Shown: positions 9,327 to 19,793 of the stretch, piece by piece
How the letters are laid out: every line of letters begins with the position of its first letter
Numbering within the stretch: position 1 is the stretch's first letter
Source: a virus
Strand: one strand, 5' to 3'
IMG/VR virus record: IMGVR_UViG_3300032020_000845
Coordinates: 1-64,000 of that record
Length of the DNA stretch: 64,000 bases
The notes under the pieces: model-generated
What the model was told of the DNA's origin: nothing
Database searches by the model: none
The model's input: only the letters and a program-made list of their open reading frames with translations
Program-made: the position numbers and the translations under genes

Positions 9327-9498
9327 ATTAATTCACGTCTATTTTGATGATGGAATTTTCTGGATTCGTCTCTTTGGGAAAGGTATATCAGTTGTTGATA
9401 AGAAAAAGTACCCTCCTCTTTTTAGTGAAAGATTTGGATATCGTAAGGTAGTTAGAATTGGTAAGTGGGGTATTGAGTGGCTAAAACAAATATATTAA
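9307..9498 (+). CDS. Hypothetical protein
   Basis: ORF in operon; start uncertain. Confidence 0.5.
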   Translation: MTMSKLKLIHVYFDDGIFWIRLFGKGISVVDKKKYPPLFSERFGYRKVVRIGKWGIEWLKQIY

Positions 9499-9517
9499 GA
9501 AAAATAAAAAAAATTAA

Positions 9518-10459
9518 ATGATTAAAATCCTTTCAAAACTTTTTCATAGTTCATATCAAAAAAATTTATCTAAGATTCCCAACACTTCATATTATCATAT
9601 TGTTGATAAAGATAATAAAGTTTGGGATAATCAAACTTTACAACCTTCGAATGTTTTTGCTATCTCTTCCGAAGAAGCATTAGCTAAACAGGAAAACTTT
9701 GATTTATTGCTTGTTGGGAGACATCCAGAAATTTTATCTTCCTATGAAGAAGGTTTTCGAAATCTTCCACGAATATTCGTAGAACAAACTCATCCATATA
9801 ACGAATGGAACATTTCTCATTGGAAAGAAAATCGTGCGAAATTTGTAGATTATACTGTTTTCATTACTAAATCAAATCTCAATGCTTGGGGCATGAAAGA
9901 GGACGATAAAAATTCAGTAATTTATCATGCTATTGATGTAAATGAATTTCCATCTTATGCAGGAGGAGAAAAATTCATCATGACTACTTGTAACGAATTT
10001 CCGAATCGCGATTGGTGTTGTGGTTATTTACTTTGGGTTAATTCGGTATGGGGTTTAAAAGATGTGAGGGTTTATGGTTATGGTAATAGGAATATTGGAG
10101 AAGCTGACAAAGGAACAATGCCCAATAATGAAATAAAAAAATTGTTGTCTAAATGTGGGGTTTATTTTAATCCTGCGACAGCTTCTCCAATACCAGTATC
10201 TACACTAGAGGCGATGGCTGTAGGTACTCCTGTCGTTTCTACTTATAATTGTGGAATGAAAGATATTTTACAAGATGGAGTGAATTCTTTAACTGCAAAT
10301 GATGCTCCTACTTTAAGAAAGAAGATTATTGAAATGTTAGAGAATCCTGGAAGGGCTAAGAAGATAGGAGAGAAAGGAAAAGAACTTGTAAGAGATATAT
10401 TCCCCCCAGAAAGATTCATCTATAAATGGGCAAAAGTTTTTGAAAGAGTAGTAAGATGA
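9518..10459 (+). CDS. Glycosyltransferase, GT-B fold
   Basis: YFNP..SPIPVSTLEAMAVGTPVVS, IQDGVN-like motif, IGEKGKE..F.PERF. Confidence 0.85.
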   Translation: MIKILSKLFHSSYQKNLSKIPNTSYYHIVDKDNKVWDNQTLQPSNVFAISSEEALAKQENFDLLLVGRHPEILSSYEEGFRNLPRIFVEQTHPYNEWNISHWKENRAKFVDYTVFITKSNLNAWGMKEDDKNSVIYHAIDVNEFPSYAGGEKFIMTTCNEFPNRDWCCGYLLWVNSVWGLKDVRVYGYGNRNIGEADKGTMPNNEIKKLLSKCGVYFNPATASPIPVSTLEAMAVGTPVVSTYNCGMKDILQDGVNSLTANDAPTLRKKIIEMLENPGRAKKIGEKGKELVRDIFPPERFIYKWAKVFERVVR

Positions 10460-10665
10460 TAAACATTGATGTGATTAAATTTATTAAACATAATGCAATT
10501 AAAGATTATAATATTGGAAAGTTTCGAATTAAGAAAGGGGATAATATATTAAAAATTTGTTTTTCCGAAAATGACATACATAAAAGTAGAAAAGGAGTAT
10601 TACATTTAGATATATGGGGGTTAAAGTTAAGGCAATTAAAAAAGATTTTAGAGGAGGTAAAGTGA
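10456..10665 (+). CDS. Hypothetical protein
   Basis: ATGA-coupled to upstream gene. Confidence 0.5.
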   Translation: MINIDVIKFIKHNAIKDYNIGKFRIKKGDNILKICFSENDIHKSRKGVLHLDIWGLKLRQLKKILEEVK

Positions 10666-10874
10666 AATTTAAATTGAAAATCGAATTAGAGGCAGAAGCA
10701 GAAAGCGAAGAGAAACTTCGGCAGAATATAATGGAGCCTATGTTAGTTTTTGGGCAGGGAAAAATGACGAAAGAAGAGTTTTGGAATCGCTGGAAAAGGG
10801 AAAGGATTTGCGATTACGAATGGTATGGTTTATTTTTGACTGGTGATGATATACAAATAGAAGAAATTATATGA
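10662..10874 (+). CDS. Hypothetical protein
   Basis: GTG start after GAGGAGG. Confidence 0.55.
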   Translation: MKFKLKIELEAEAESEEKLRQNIMEPMLVFGQGKMTKEEFWNRWKRERICDYEWYGLFLTGDDIQIEEII

Positions 10875-10897
10875 GAAAAGTAAAATGAGGAGATAAG

Positions 10898-11419
10898 ATG
10901 AGTGAAGAAAAGATTAAAAAAGTTAATTTGACGTTTGAGGATTTACTTGACGATTATACAAATGTAAGTGTAAGAGCAGCACCAGGTGCAGATGTTGTGG
11001 TTGGTTCCTTTTACGATCTTCGTGTTTTCGAAGATGAAAGCATCGAAGAAATATGTTCAAATTATATAATTAATTGTTTGCCTGTGAATTTACATATGGT
11101 TGCAATAAAAGAATGGTGGCGTATTTTAAAACCAGGAGGTAAACTTTTTGTATTTTGTCCTGATGGAAATTTGATTTCAAAAAATTATGTAGATGGTTTA
11201 ATTAATATTATTGAATTTAATAAATTGTTATTTCAAAACAATAATCAAAACAGTATATACGCTGAATATGTACCTCGCTGTGCTTTTGATTTGCCAAGAT
11301 TAGTATTTTTATGTACATTTTATGGATTTGAGTTTGAGCAGACGGCTAAAAGACCTAATGCATATAAATATGAATTAGGGATAGAGTGTAAGAAAATCGA
11401 AACAAAATATCCTTATTAA
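10898..11419 (+). CDS. Class I SAM methyltransferase-like protein with degenerate motif I
   Basis: EWWRILKPGGKL; paralog of 12466 (shared RPNAY.Y.LG) but NLGCG is replaced by NLTFE. Confidence 0.7.
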   Translation: MSEEKIKKVNLTFEDLLDDYTNVSVRAAPGADVVVGSFYDLRVFEDESIEEICSNYIINCLPVNLHMVAIKEWWRILKPGGKLFVFCPDGNLISKNYVDGLINIIEFNKLLFQNNNQNSIYAEYVPRCAFDLPRLVFLCTFYGFEFEQTAKRPNAYKYELGIECKKIETKYPY

Positions 11420-11420
11420 A

Positions 11421-11486
11421 ATAGCAGAAGAGATTGTGGGAGAAAGAGCCGAAGGTAAATTGAGAGTCTCGGTTCTCTTCTGCTAT
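11421..11486 (+). other. Intergenic structured RNA / hairpin
   Basis: 13-bp perfect inverted repeat atagcagaagaga/tctcttctgctat with inner stem agagccga/tcggttct. Confidence 0.6.
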
Positions 11487-11503
11487 AAATGTTATAAATC
11501 TTT

Positions 11504-12469
11504 ATGAAAATTATTACCACTTGCCCATTAGAATGGGCAGATACTGGTGTTTACTGGTATCTTAAAAATTTGGAATTTGTTAGTAATACTAAACATATTC
11601 CTTGGAATCAATTTCAGATTCAAGATGCTGATTTGGTTATTTCTTGTGGTATAGGAGAAGTAGATTTACTAAAGTTGAAAAGACAAAAAGTAAAAGTTGG
11701 AGTACTTTTTTGCTCTCCTTTAGCTCAAGCGCATATTGTTCCTTCTAGTCCCAATGGGGATTTGGATTCATTATTAAGATATGTAAATATGTTAAAAAGT
11801 GGAGATATTGATTATGTATTTTTAGCATCTAAACAATTAGCAGAACTTTTTAAAAATGACAAAATTATTTATTTACCTCCTCCTTTGCATTGGGAAGGAT
11901 TTCCTATTACAAAAATAGAAGACAGAAAAGGAATTGGATATTTTGGCACAATGGATAGACATAAAAATTTGGCTACAATGTTTGGAGCAGTTAAACATTC
12001 TGGAATTGAAGATCCTTTTATTATAACAGGTTCGGAAAAGATATCTATGTGTTCTTTTTTCTCACATTTATTTGATATGAAGAATATTTTTGTGTATCCG
12101 AGATTTTCAAGACCTGCTCTTTTTGAAATAATGAGTAAGGTGAAACTGGGTATCCAAATAGGTTTTTCGGAGTCTTTTTCTTATACTGTGTGGGAATCAG
12201 CAATGTTGGGAGTTCCAAGTATTGTTAGTCCAAGTATATGGTGGTATTGTGATGATCCTTTTCTTAAAAGTTATTGTATGGTTCAAAATCTTGATGACCC
12301 AATTTTGATTGGAGAAAAAATTAAAAACCTTTATCTTCTTGCTTCTATGAATAAAGATTGTGATGGTTCTGCCATATATGTTGAATTATGTAAAGTAGCT
12401 AAAAAAGTTGCTATTGAAACGATGAATAAAAATAATCAAATGATTCAAGAAATTTTTGAAAAGTTATGA
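11504..12469 (+). CDS. Divergent GT-B glycosyltransferase
   Basis: HKN, SESFSYTVWESAMLGVPSIVS (E-x7-E motif); paralog of 13868. Confidence 0.75.
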   Translation: MKIITTCPLEWADTGVYWYLKNLEFVSNTKHIPWNQFQIQDADLVISCGIGEVDLLKLKRQKVKVGVLFCSPLAQAHIVPSSPNGDLDSLLRYVNMLKSGDIDYVFLASKQLAELFKNDKIIYLPPPLHWEGFPITKIEDRKGIGYFGTMDRHKNLATMFGAVKHSGIEDPFIITGSEKISMCSFFSHLFDMKNIFVYPRFSRPALFEIMSKVKLGIQIGFSESFSYTVWESAMLGVPSIVSPSIWWYCDDPFLKSYCMVQNLDDPILIGEKIKNLYLLASMNKDCDGSAIYVELCKVAKKVAIETMNKNNQMIQEIFEKL

Positions 12470-12945
12470 AACTAAATTTAGGTTGTGGTAGTGAAATTTT
12501 ACCAGGATTTATAAATGTTGACGGTAGAAATCTTCCAGGAATAGATAAAGTTTCAGATATTAGGGATTTATCCTGGGTAAAAAATGATTCTTGCGAAGTA
12601 GTTAGAATGTCTCATATAATAGAGCATTTTAAAGAAAGTGAAATAATTAATATTTTAAAAGAATGTTTTAGGATTTTAGAAAATCAGGGAATACTTGAAA
12701 TTTATTGTCCTGATGCTAAGAAAATTGCTGCAGATTACGTAGAGGAAAAAATAGATTGTGGGGAATTTTCTAGATTGTTATTTGGCAATCAGGATTATAT
12801 AGAAAATCTTCATAAAGAGGCGATTGATAGGCTCCGGTTAGATAATATGGTAAAAGAAGTTGGGTTCGAGATTGTTGGAAGAAATCCTAGACCGAATGCT
12901 TACCTTTATGATTTGGGAAGCCAAGTAAAGAAGATTATAAAATGA
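12466..12945 (+). CDS. Class I SAM methyltransferase
   Basis: KLNLGCG...INVD...SHIIEH...FRIL. Confidence 0.85.
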   Translation: MKLNLGCGSEILPGFINVDGRNLPGIDKVSDIRDLSWVKNDSCEVVRMSHIIEHFKESEIINILKECFRILENQGILEIYCPDAKKIAADYVEEKIDCGEFSRLLFGNQDYIENLHKEAIDRLRLDNMVKEVGFEIVGRNPRPNAYLYDLGSQVKKIIK

Positions 12946-13871
12946 AAATTTTTATTTCAGGGCCTTTGCATTCGCCAAATCAGAATGGTTTACTTATTGC
13001 AAGAGCTTTTCGAGAAATAGGGCATGAAGTTTTGACATATCCTATTGGAGCTCCTTCAGTAGATATTGTTGAAATGGTTAAACAATATAATCCGGCTTTT
13101 GTTTTACAGTGTGGAGGAAGAACTGTTTCTCCTTTACATTTATTGCCTTTAAGACAACTAGGATATAAGTTGGTTTTGTGGTATCCGGATGCGTATGGGC
13201 CAACCGCTCCTCCTGATATTGAATTTTTTAAACAGGTAAAAGGAAAATTTGATCTAATTTTGGTTGCAGTAAAAGGAATAGTTCCTCAACTTGAAGGTTT
13301 TGCTACAAAAGTTGTATGGGGACCTCAATATTATGATCAAACTTACTATAAACCAACTATTGAAAGATTGGATCCAAGATGTGAAATATATAATGTCTGT
13401 TTTATCGGACATAATAATGGAGGCATTTCTCCAGATCGAAATATTTACATTCCTAAATTGTATGAAAAGCATAGAATAAAAGTTATTGGGAGAGGTTTTG
13501 ATGTTCCTAGTATTGTTATAGAAACTAAAGAAATTGCAAATATATATAGAAATTCGAAAATTGCATTGAACTTTATTACCAAAATTAATAAATGTTCTTT
13601 ACAAATGTCTGATCGTATTTATAAGATTTTGGGTTGCTGTTCGTTTTGTTTGACCCAACCAATTCCTGGATTAGAACAATTGTTTCAAGATGGAAAACAT
13701 TTAGTAGTTTTTGATGGCTACGAAGATCTTTGTAGTAAAATCGAATATTATTTAAAACATGAAGAAGAAAGAGAAAAAATTGCAAAACAAGGACAACAAG
13801 AAGTTTTAGAGAAACATACTATTAGTACTAGAGTTCGCGAGTATTTAAAAGAAATTGAGAAAATATTATGA
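12942..13871 (+). CDS. CgeB-like glycosyltransferase (Glyco_trans_1_2)
   Basis: CFIG, YRNSKIALN, SDRIYKILGC, F.DGKHL, KIEYYLKHEEEREKIA..GQ. Confidence 0.85.
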   Translation: MKIFISGPLHSPNQNGLLIARAFREIGHEVLTYPIGAPSVDIVEMVKQYNPAFVLQCGGRTVSPLHLLPLRQLGYKLVLWYPDAYGPTAPPDIEFFKQVKGKFDLILVAVKGIVPQLEGFATKVVWGPQYYDQTYYKPTIERLDPRCEIYNVCFIGHNNGGISPDRNIYIPKLYEKHRIKVIGRGFDVPSIVIETKEIANIYRNSKIALNFITKINKCSLQMSDRIYKILGCCSFCLTQPIPGLEQLFQDGKHLVVFDGYEDLCSKIEYYLKHEEEREKIAKQGQQEVLEKHTISTRVREYLKEIEKIL

Positions 13872-14803
13872 ATAAAATTATTGCTATCATTCCTCAAAAG
13901 TGTTTAGGGTTTGGTGGAGCTTTTTCGGTTTATGAGGGGTTAAGTCTTTTATCAGAAGTGGAATTACAAACGTTTGAAACCTTTAATCCAACAGTTGATA
14001 CAAAATTAGTTATTGGATTTGGATGGTCTCCTCCAAGAAAAGAAGGATTTAATTACAAAACAAGTTTTCTTTTTTGCTCTCCAATTCTTCAATGCGAATT
14101 TAGTAATGAATTAAATTTATTAAATGGGAAAATTCAGGAAGTAAATAAAGGTATTTTAGATTATTTATTTTTACTTCATAAACCAGATGCGGATGCTTTA
14201 AGCTCTATTTGGGGAGAAAAAATTATACATCTTCTTCCGTTATTTAACAAAAAATTACCAGAACCTCAATTTGAAAGTCGAAGAGGAATATGTTGTGTGG
14301 GCATGGCCCGCGGTAATAAAAATTATTATAATCAGGCTTTAGCAGTTGCTATTTCAGCATATGAAGATCAAGAATTATATACATTTGGGGATAAACCCGA
14401 ATTGTTTCATTTAAGTAAATCTCTTTTTAAACAAGATTGGAATTGGTTTGATTGGAAATCTAATGATGAATATTATAATATACTTAGAAGAATGAAATTA
14501 GGACTTCAGGTTTCTCTTGCAGAAAGTTTTTGTTATTTTGTACTGGAACTTGCAATGCTTAAAATACCTTCGATTGTTAGTAAAACAGTTAGTTGGTATG
14601 CTGATGATCTTGATTTAAATGATAATTGTGTTGTTGAAAATTCTAATGATCCTATTGAAATAAGAGATAGAATAAATAATATTTTAGACCATCCAGATAC
14701 TTATAGTGCTATTTGTGAAAGAAGTTATTTTGTTGCTCAAAGGATATTAAAAGATAATTTAGAAAAAACACAAAAAATTTTAGAGGATTTGATTAATGAT
14801 TAA
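13868..14803 (+). CDS. Divergent GT-B glycosyltransferase
   Basis: NKN, AESFCYFVLELAMLKIPSIVS; paralog of 11504. Confidence 0.75.
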   Translation: MNKIIAIIPQKCLGFGGAFSVYEGLSLLSEVELQTFETFNPTVDTKLVIGFGWSPPRKEGFNYKTSFLFCSPILQCEFSNELNLLNGKIQEVNKGILDYLFLLHKPDADALSSIWGEKIIHLLPLFNKKLPEPQFESRRGICCVGMARGNKNYYNQALAVAISAYEDQELYTFGDKPELFHLSKSLFKQDWNWFDWKSNDEYYNILRRMKLGLQVSLAESFCYFVLELAMLKIPSIVSKTVSWYADDLDLNDNCVVENSNDPIEIRDRINNILDHPDTYSAICERSYFVAQRILKDNLEKTQKILEDLIND

Positions 14804-15800
14804 TATAGTTATCCTTTCCCAGGCTGACTTTGCCGGTAGTGCTTATCAAGCAGCTTGTGCAATAAATTCTGTAAAAAAATTTAATGTGAGATGTGTTTCA
14901 ATGTCTAAGCATCCATTTGATTTTCCTCACGATATTATAATTCCTTGCCATCAAGATTCTCATAAAGGAACTTTTGCTAAAGAGTGCGAAAACTACGAAG
15001 AAGTAATGCAATTACTTAATGATGCAGATTTGATTCATCTGTGGAATGATATAGATCAGGATCCAAAATATATGGATTTTGAAAAAGGGGGAATAAATAT
15101 TCCATTAGGAAAACCAATAGTAGTAACTATGACGGGCTCTTTATATCGAAATGAACACGTTCGTTTAAATACAATTATAAAAGAAAGAGGGTATAAACTT
15201 GTAGTTCAAAATCCGATGTTACGATTTTTAGATGAGATAGAATCAGTTTTTATACCACATGCTGTAGATACTGAATTTTTACAGCCACTACAAAGAAATA
15301 ATGAAAAAATAACTTTAGGTGTTTATTTTGGTCATTATTATGCAACTGTGGGAGAAGATAGGAATTTTTTAATGTCTTGTATAAAAGATAAAAACATTAA
15401 TGTAATAGACCATTTATCAAGAAAAATTCTTTGGAAAGAACATATTGAGTTTATAAAAAATTGCGATATTCTTTATCACGGAATTAAGATAAGTGAAATT
15501 GTGAAATATATAGGAAGGTCATCATTGGAGGCAATGGCAATGGGCATTCCTGTAATAACGTTTGTTAATGAACAAAAAGCTATTGAATTATCTGAAGGAA
15601 AAATAGGAAGTTATATTCCTATTTATAATACAAAACTTGAACAATTAAAAAATCATTTAGATGAACTAATTAAAAATTTAGATTTAAGAATTGGGTTAGG
15701 TATTGACGGTAGAAAATGGGTTGAAAGACATTTCTCCTACAAAACAGTTGGAGAACAATATTCTAAAATATATGAAGAGGTATTGAATGGAATTGTTTGA
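14796..15800 (+). CDS. Glycosyltransferase, GT-B fold
   Basis: IPHAVDT, GRSSLEAMAMGIPVI, GRKWVERHFS. Confidence 0.8.
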   Translation: MINIVILSQADFAGSAYQAACAINSVKKFNVRCVSMSKHPFDFPHDIIIPCHQDSHKGTFAKECENYEEVMQLLNDADLIHLWNDIDQDPKYMDFEKGGINIPLGKPIVVTMTGSLYRNEHVRLNTIIKERGYKLVVQNPMLRFLDEIESVFIPHAVDTEFLQPLQRNNEKITLGVYFGHYYATVGEDRNFLMSCIKDKNINVIDHLSRKILWKEHIEFIKNCDILYHGIKISEIVKYIGRSSLEAMAMGIPVITFVNEQKAIELSEGKIGSYIPIYNTKLEQLKNHLDELIKNLDLRIGLGIDGRKWVERHFSYKTVGEQYSKIYEEVLNGIV

Positions 15801-16518
15801 TAGTTTTATAGGTAAGATGTGGGTTTTTGATAAAGAAGAGATTGCAAAAGCAAGTCTTGCTGTTAGATTAAGTATGGGAGATTATATAAGTAATAAAATT
15901 AAAGCGGGTGGTTATGAACAAGATAATCTTGAAATTGTAGGAAAGTATTTACAATTAGGGTCTACTTGTGTGATTGCAGGCGCTAATATAGGAATGTATT
16001 CTGTTTTTACATCTCAAAAAGCTAATAAGGGAATTGTTTATTCGTTCGAACCTAATTTTGAAATTTATAAAGTTCTTGCACAAAATTCGATATTGTATAA
16101 AAATATAAAACCTTTTAATTTTGGTTTACATAATAAAAATAGTATTATAAATTATAGAGGATTAAATTTTAAGGTTGTTGTTGGAGATGAATTTTTACAA
16201 CATTTAGACAAAGTAGATTTTATTAAGATAGATGTTGATGGGGCAGAAGTAGGAGTTATCCAAGGTTTACAAGAACTTATTAAAAGAAGTCCGAACTTGT
16301 TAATGCTTTGTGAATTTAGTAAAGTTCATTATGAACTTTCTGGTTTTACTATGGATCAATTCTTTGATTTAATTGAAAGTTTAAGATTTCAGTATGGTAG
16401 AATTTATAAAGGAACTATTGATTTGAAGAATGCTAAAAATCAATTAATGCTAGTTGCTGCAAACCAACATTGGAATTTACTTTTATGGAAAGGAATAGAA
16501 CCTTTTTGGGAAGTATAA
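15787..16518 (+). CDS. FkbM-family methyltransferase
   Basis: AGANIG, SFEPN, FIKIDVDGAE. Confidence 0.9.
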   Translation: MELFDSFIGKMWVFDKEEIAKASLAVRLSMGDYISNKIKAGGYEQDNLEIVGKYLQLGSTCVIAGANIGMYSVFTSQKANKGIVYSFEPNFEIYKVLAQNSILYKNIKPFNFGLHNKNSIINYRGLNFKVVVGDEFLQHLDKVDFIKIDVDGAEVGVIQGLQELIKRSPNLLMLCEFSKVHYELSGFTMDQFFDLIESLRFQYGRIYKGTIDLKNAKNQLMLVAANQHWNLLLWKGIEPFWEV

Positions 16519-16542
16519 AATAAAATTACAAAGGAGAATTAA

Positions 16543-17283
16543 GTGGAATTAGTTGATACTTTTGTAGGAAAAATGTGGCTTCTAGATAAAAACGATGAAG
16601 CTAAAAAAGATGAAAAGGTTAGAGTAGGCAGTGGTTATTTTGTAAGTCAGCGTATTAAACAAGGGGATTATGAAAATAAGGAACTTGAAATTGTTAAATC
16701 TTATTTAAAACCTGGAATGACTTGTATAGATGTAGGGGCAAATGTAGGTGTATATTCAGTTTTGGCTGCCCAAAAAGTAGGAGACGGAATTGTTTATGCG
16801 TTTGAACCTGTTTTTGGTATTTATGAAGTTCTTGCTAGAAATTCAACTCTTTATAAAAATATTCGTCCTTTTGATGTTGGATTAAATAATAAAGCAGGTA
16901 TTACTTATTTTAAAGGTATTAAAGAGTTAGATTTAAATGTAGTTGTTGGAGACGCTCTTTTGCAGGATGTTGAGAAAGTAGATTTTATTAAAGTTGATGT
17001 AGATGGAGCTGAGCCAGGGGTAGTTGAAGGTCTCCAGAATCTTATTAGTAGAAGTCCTAAATTGGTAATGATGTGTGAACTTAGCAAAGTGCATTACGAG
17101 TTAGCTGGTTTTACTGAACTACAGTTTTTTAATTTAGTTGAGAAATTAGGATTTCAATACGGTAGAATGTTTAATGGTCAAGTTGATTTAAGATCTTGTA
17201 AACAATTAATGAATGTATCTGCGGCAAGAGCATGTAATATACTTTTGTGGAAAAATGTTGATCCTTTTGTGAAAGGAATGTAA
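16543..17283 (+). CDS. FkbM-family methyltransferase (tandem paralog)
   Basis: DVGANVG, AFEP, FIKVDVDGAE. Confidence 0.9.
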   Translation: MELVDTFVGKMWLLDKNDEAKKDEKVRVGSGYFVSQRIKQGDYENKELEIVKSYLKPGMTCIDVGANVGVYSVLAAQKVGDGIVYAFEPVFGIYEVLARNSTLYKNIRPFDVGLNNKAGITYFKGIKELDLNVVVGDALLQDVEKVDFIKVDVDGAEPGVVEGLQNLISRSPKLVMMCELSKVHYELAGFTELQFFNLVEKLGFQYGRMFNGQVDLRSCKQLMNVSAARACNILLWKNVDPFVKGM

Positions 17284-17284
17284 A

Positions 17285-17776
17285 ATGGAAAAAAAGTTAA
17301 ATTTAAATTTGGGGTGTGGAGATCAAATACTCCCTGGATTTTTGAATGTAGATGCTAATTCTAATAAAGATGTTGTTTTTGATGATGTTGTTTTTCTTAT
17401 AAACTTTTCTGATAATGGCACGGATATGATTTATGCCGCTCATGTTCTTCAATGTATTTTTCCGCGAAGTAGGGTTTTGATTGCTTTGGAAAATTGGTAT
17501 AAGGTGTTAAAACCTGGTGGGCATATTATTATTGAAGTGCCTGATATAGTACCTGTGACTAAGGCTTATCTTGAAGGAAAAGTGCCTATTGAGACCTTTA
17601 TTCAGGGAATTTATGGCGTGGATAAAGATGGTATAAGACAAACAATATGTTTTAGTTTTGACTACCTAAAAAAATTATTAGAAGAAGTTGGCTTTAAGAA
17701 TATAAAAAGAATTGATCAGCCTTCATATAGTCGTCATTGTAAAGAGACTAATATTTGTGTTGAGGCTGAAAAATGA
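17285..17776 (+). CDS. Class I SAM methyltransferase
   Basis: LNLGCG, WYKVLKPGG.IIIEVPD. Confidence 0.85.
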   Translation: MEKKLNLNLGCGDQILPGFLNVDANSNKDVVFDDVVFLINFSDNGTDMIYAAHVLQCIFPRSRVLIALENWYKVLKPGGHIIIEVPDIVPVTKAYLEGKVPIETFIQGIYGVDKDGIRQTICFSFDYLKKLLEEVGFKNIKRIDQPSYSRHCKETNICVEAEK

Positions 17777-18834
17777 AAATTCTTGTAATATCGTCAGGTA
17801 ATATTACTCAATTAGCTAAATACCCGCAACACTTTGCTAAAATGGGTCACGAATGTGTTTTTATAAATCCAGCTTGGCAAAATGTTTTATGTGGGAAAAC
17901 TGCAGAAGAAGAGTTTGGAGGATTGCATATAAGGTTTTATACATGGAAAGATTTTGCTTTGAATAGGGTGTGGGAAAAAGAAAAGTTTGATGTAATTTTT
18001 GGTACTCAGCATGGAGCTTCAATAGAGACTTTGCATTATCAAGAAATGCTAAAAATACCAGCTTTATTGCAGATTTTGGATATTGCTGAAGGATCTGATC
18101 TTGCTCAAAATTTTCCTCAAGAGTATCAAAGATTATGTATGACTCAAAAATCTTATTTAGAAGCTTATAAAAGAATAAATTATTTGACAGGAATAAATCC
18201 TGCGATTCCAAAGCAAATTAAAAAGTTAATTGGAAGAGAAGATTGTTTTTGTGCTTTTTATCCTGTTGATACTGCTTTGTATGATTCTGTTCCTGAACAA
18301 AAAACTGAAGATTTTGTTTTTATAGTTAGTCGTTTAACACCTTTTAAATGTGTAGATTTAGCAATTAAAGCTTGTGCTTATGCTAAAAAGAAATTGGTTA
18401 TTGCTTCTGATGGAGGATTGAGAAAGGAGTTAGAAAAATTAGTAAAAGATTTAGGCTCGGATGTAGAATTTCTTGGATATATTCAGGATAAACAAAAAGC
18501 AGAACTAATGAAAAAATGCAAGCTCCATATATTCACGCAACAATGGGCGGAAGCACCTTGTGTTCCAAGCGCAGAAGCTTTGTATTGTGGAAAGCCTTCA
18601 ATTATTTTTGATTACCCAGATCAGAGAGCGATTGAAGGAAATTGTTCTTATTACGTAACTCCTGGAGATTGGGAAGAAATGGGAAGATATATAAATTGGA
18701 TATGGGCTCATTATGATGAAGCAAAAGAACAAGCTTTTAGAGGAAGCAAATGGGTAAAAGAAAATTTGTCTCCTAATATAGTTGCGCAACAAATTTTAAA
18801 TATTTTGGAAGAGGTTGCAAAAAAATGTTATTAA
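17773..18834 (+). CDS. Glycosyltransferase, GT-B fold (GT4-like)
   Basis: VSRLTPFK, VEFLG, EAPCVPSAEALYCGKP. Confidence 0.85.
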   Translation: MKILVISSGNITQLAKYPQHFAKMGHECVFINPAWQNVLCGKTAEEEFGGLHIRFYTWKDFALNRVWEKEKFDVIFGTQHGASIETLHYQEMLKIPALLQILDIAEGSDLAQNFPQEYQRLCMTQKSYLEAYKRINYLTGINPAIPKQIKKLIGREDCFCAFYPVDTALYDSVPEQKTEDFVFIVSRLTPFKCVDLAIKACAYAKKKLVIASDGGLRKELEKLVKDLGSDVEFLGYIQDKQKAELMKKCKLHIFTQQWAEAPCVPSAEALYCGKPSIIFDYPDQRAIEGNCSYYVTPGDWEEMGRYINWIWAHYDEAKEQAFRGSKWVKENLSPNIVAQQILNILEEVAKKCY

Positions 18835-19793
18835 CTACGACTGTAGGAAGCTTTCCTAAGCCAGATTATCTTGTTAGAGCAAGAAATCTTTTCAGTCAGA
18901 AAAAGATTTCTTTAGAGGAACTGGAAAAGTTAGAGAAGAAGGCGACTTTTGAGGTTATAAAACTTCAGGAAAGAATTGGATTAGATATTTTAGTTCACGG
19001 GGAGATGGAAAGAGGAGATATGGTTACTTATTTTGCTGAGAGATTGGAAGGATTTACCATTAGCGGTTTGGTTCGTTCTTATGGAAATAGATATTACAAA
19101 AAGCCGATTGTGTTATCAGAGATAAAAAGAAAAGCTCCCATAACCTTGGAGATGTTTGAATATGCTTCTAGTCTAACTGAAAAACCGGTTAAGGGGATGT
19201 TGACTGGCCCTTATACCATGTGCGATTGGTCTTTCAACGAATACTATCCTACTCGAAGGGATTTAGTTTTGAAATTAGCAGAGATTATTCACCAGGAGGT
19301 GGTAGATTTAGATAAAGTTGGAGCCCAATATATTCAAATAGATGAACCCGCAATTTCGACTAGACTGGATGAGATTGATTTAGCTATTGAAGGGATGAAG
19401 ATAGTTACTGATGGAATAAAGGCCAAGACCATATCTCATATCTGCTATGGAGATTTCCGAACCATTTATCCAAAAATTCTGGAATTTGCTGTTGACCAAT
19501 TGGATCTGGAATTTGCCAATAATAATTTTTCCAATTTAGATATTTTTAAAAATCCTCCCTTCACTAAAGAGATTGCAGTAGGAGTTATAGATGTACATAG
19601 CCATATAATTGAAAATAAAGAAGAGGTCAAAAAGAATATTAGAAAAGTGCTGGAAGTTTTTCCTAAAGAAAACGTTTATATTGATCCAGATTGTGGCCTC
19701 AAGACTAGAACATTAGAGGAAGCGGAAGAAAAGCTTAAAGTAATGGTTGAGGCGGTGAAAGAAATAAGGAAGGAGTTAGGAATAAAATGTTGA
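18825..19793 (+). CDS. metE: Cobalamin-independent methionine synthase, catalytic (C-terminal-type) subunit of split MetE
   Basis: TTTVGSFP, HGEMERGDMV.YF, KGMLTGPYT, IQIDEPA, Zn ligands HICYG..LEF..PDCGLKT. Confidence 0.9.
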   Translation: MLLTTTVGSFPKPDYLVRARNLFSQKKISLEELEKLEKKATFEVIKLQERIGLDILVHGEMERGDMVTYFAERLEGFTISGLVRSYGNRYYKKPIVLSEIKRKAPITLEMFEYASSLTEKPVKGMLTGPYTMCDWSFNEYYPTRRDLVLKLAEIIHQEVVDLDKVGAQYIQIDEPAISTRLDEIDLAIEGMKIVTDGIKAKTISHICYGDFRTIYPKILEFAVDQLDLEFANNNFSNLDIFKNPPFTKEIAVGVIDVHSHIIENKEEVKKNIRKVLEVFPKENVYIDPDCGLKTRTLEEAEEKLKVMVEAVKEIRKELGIKC

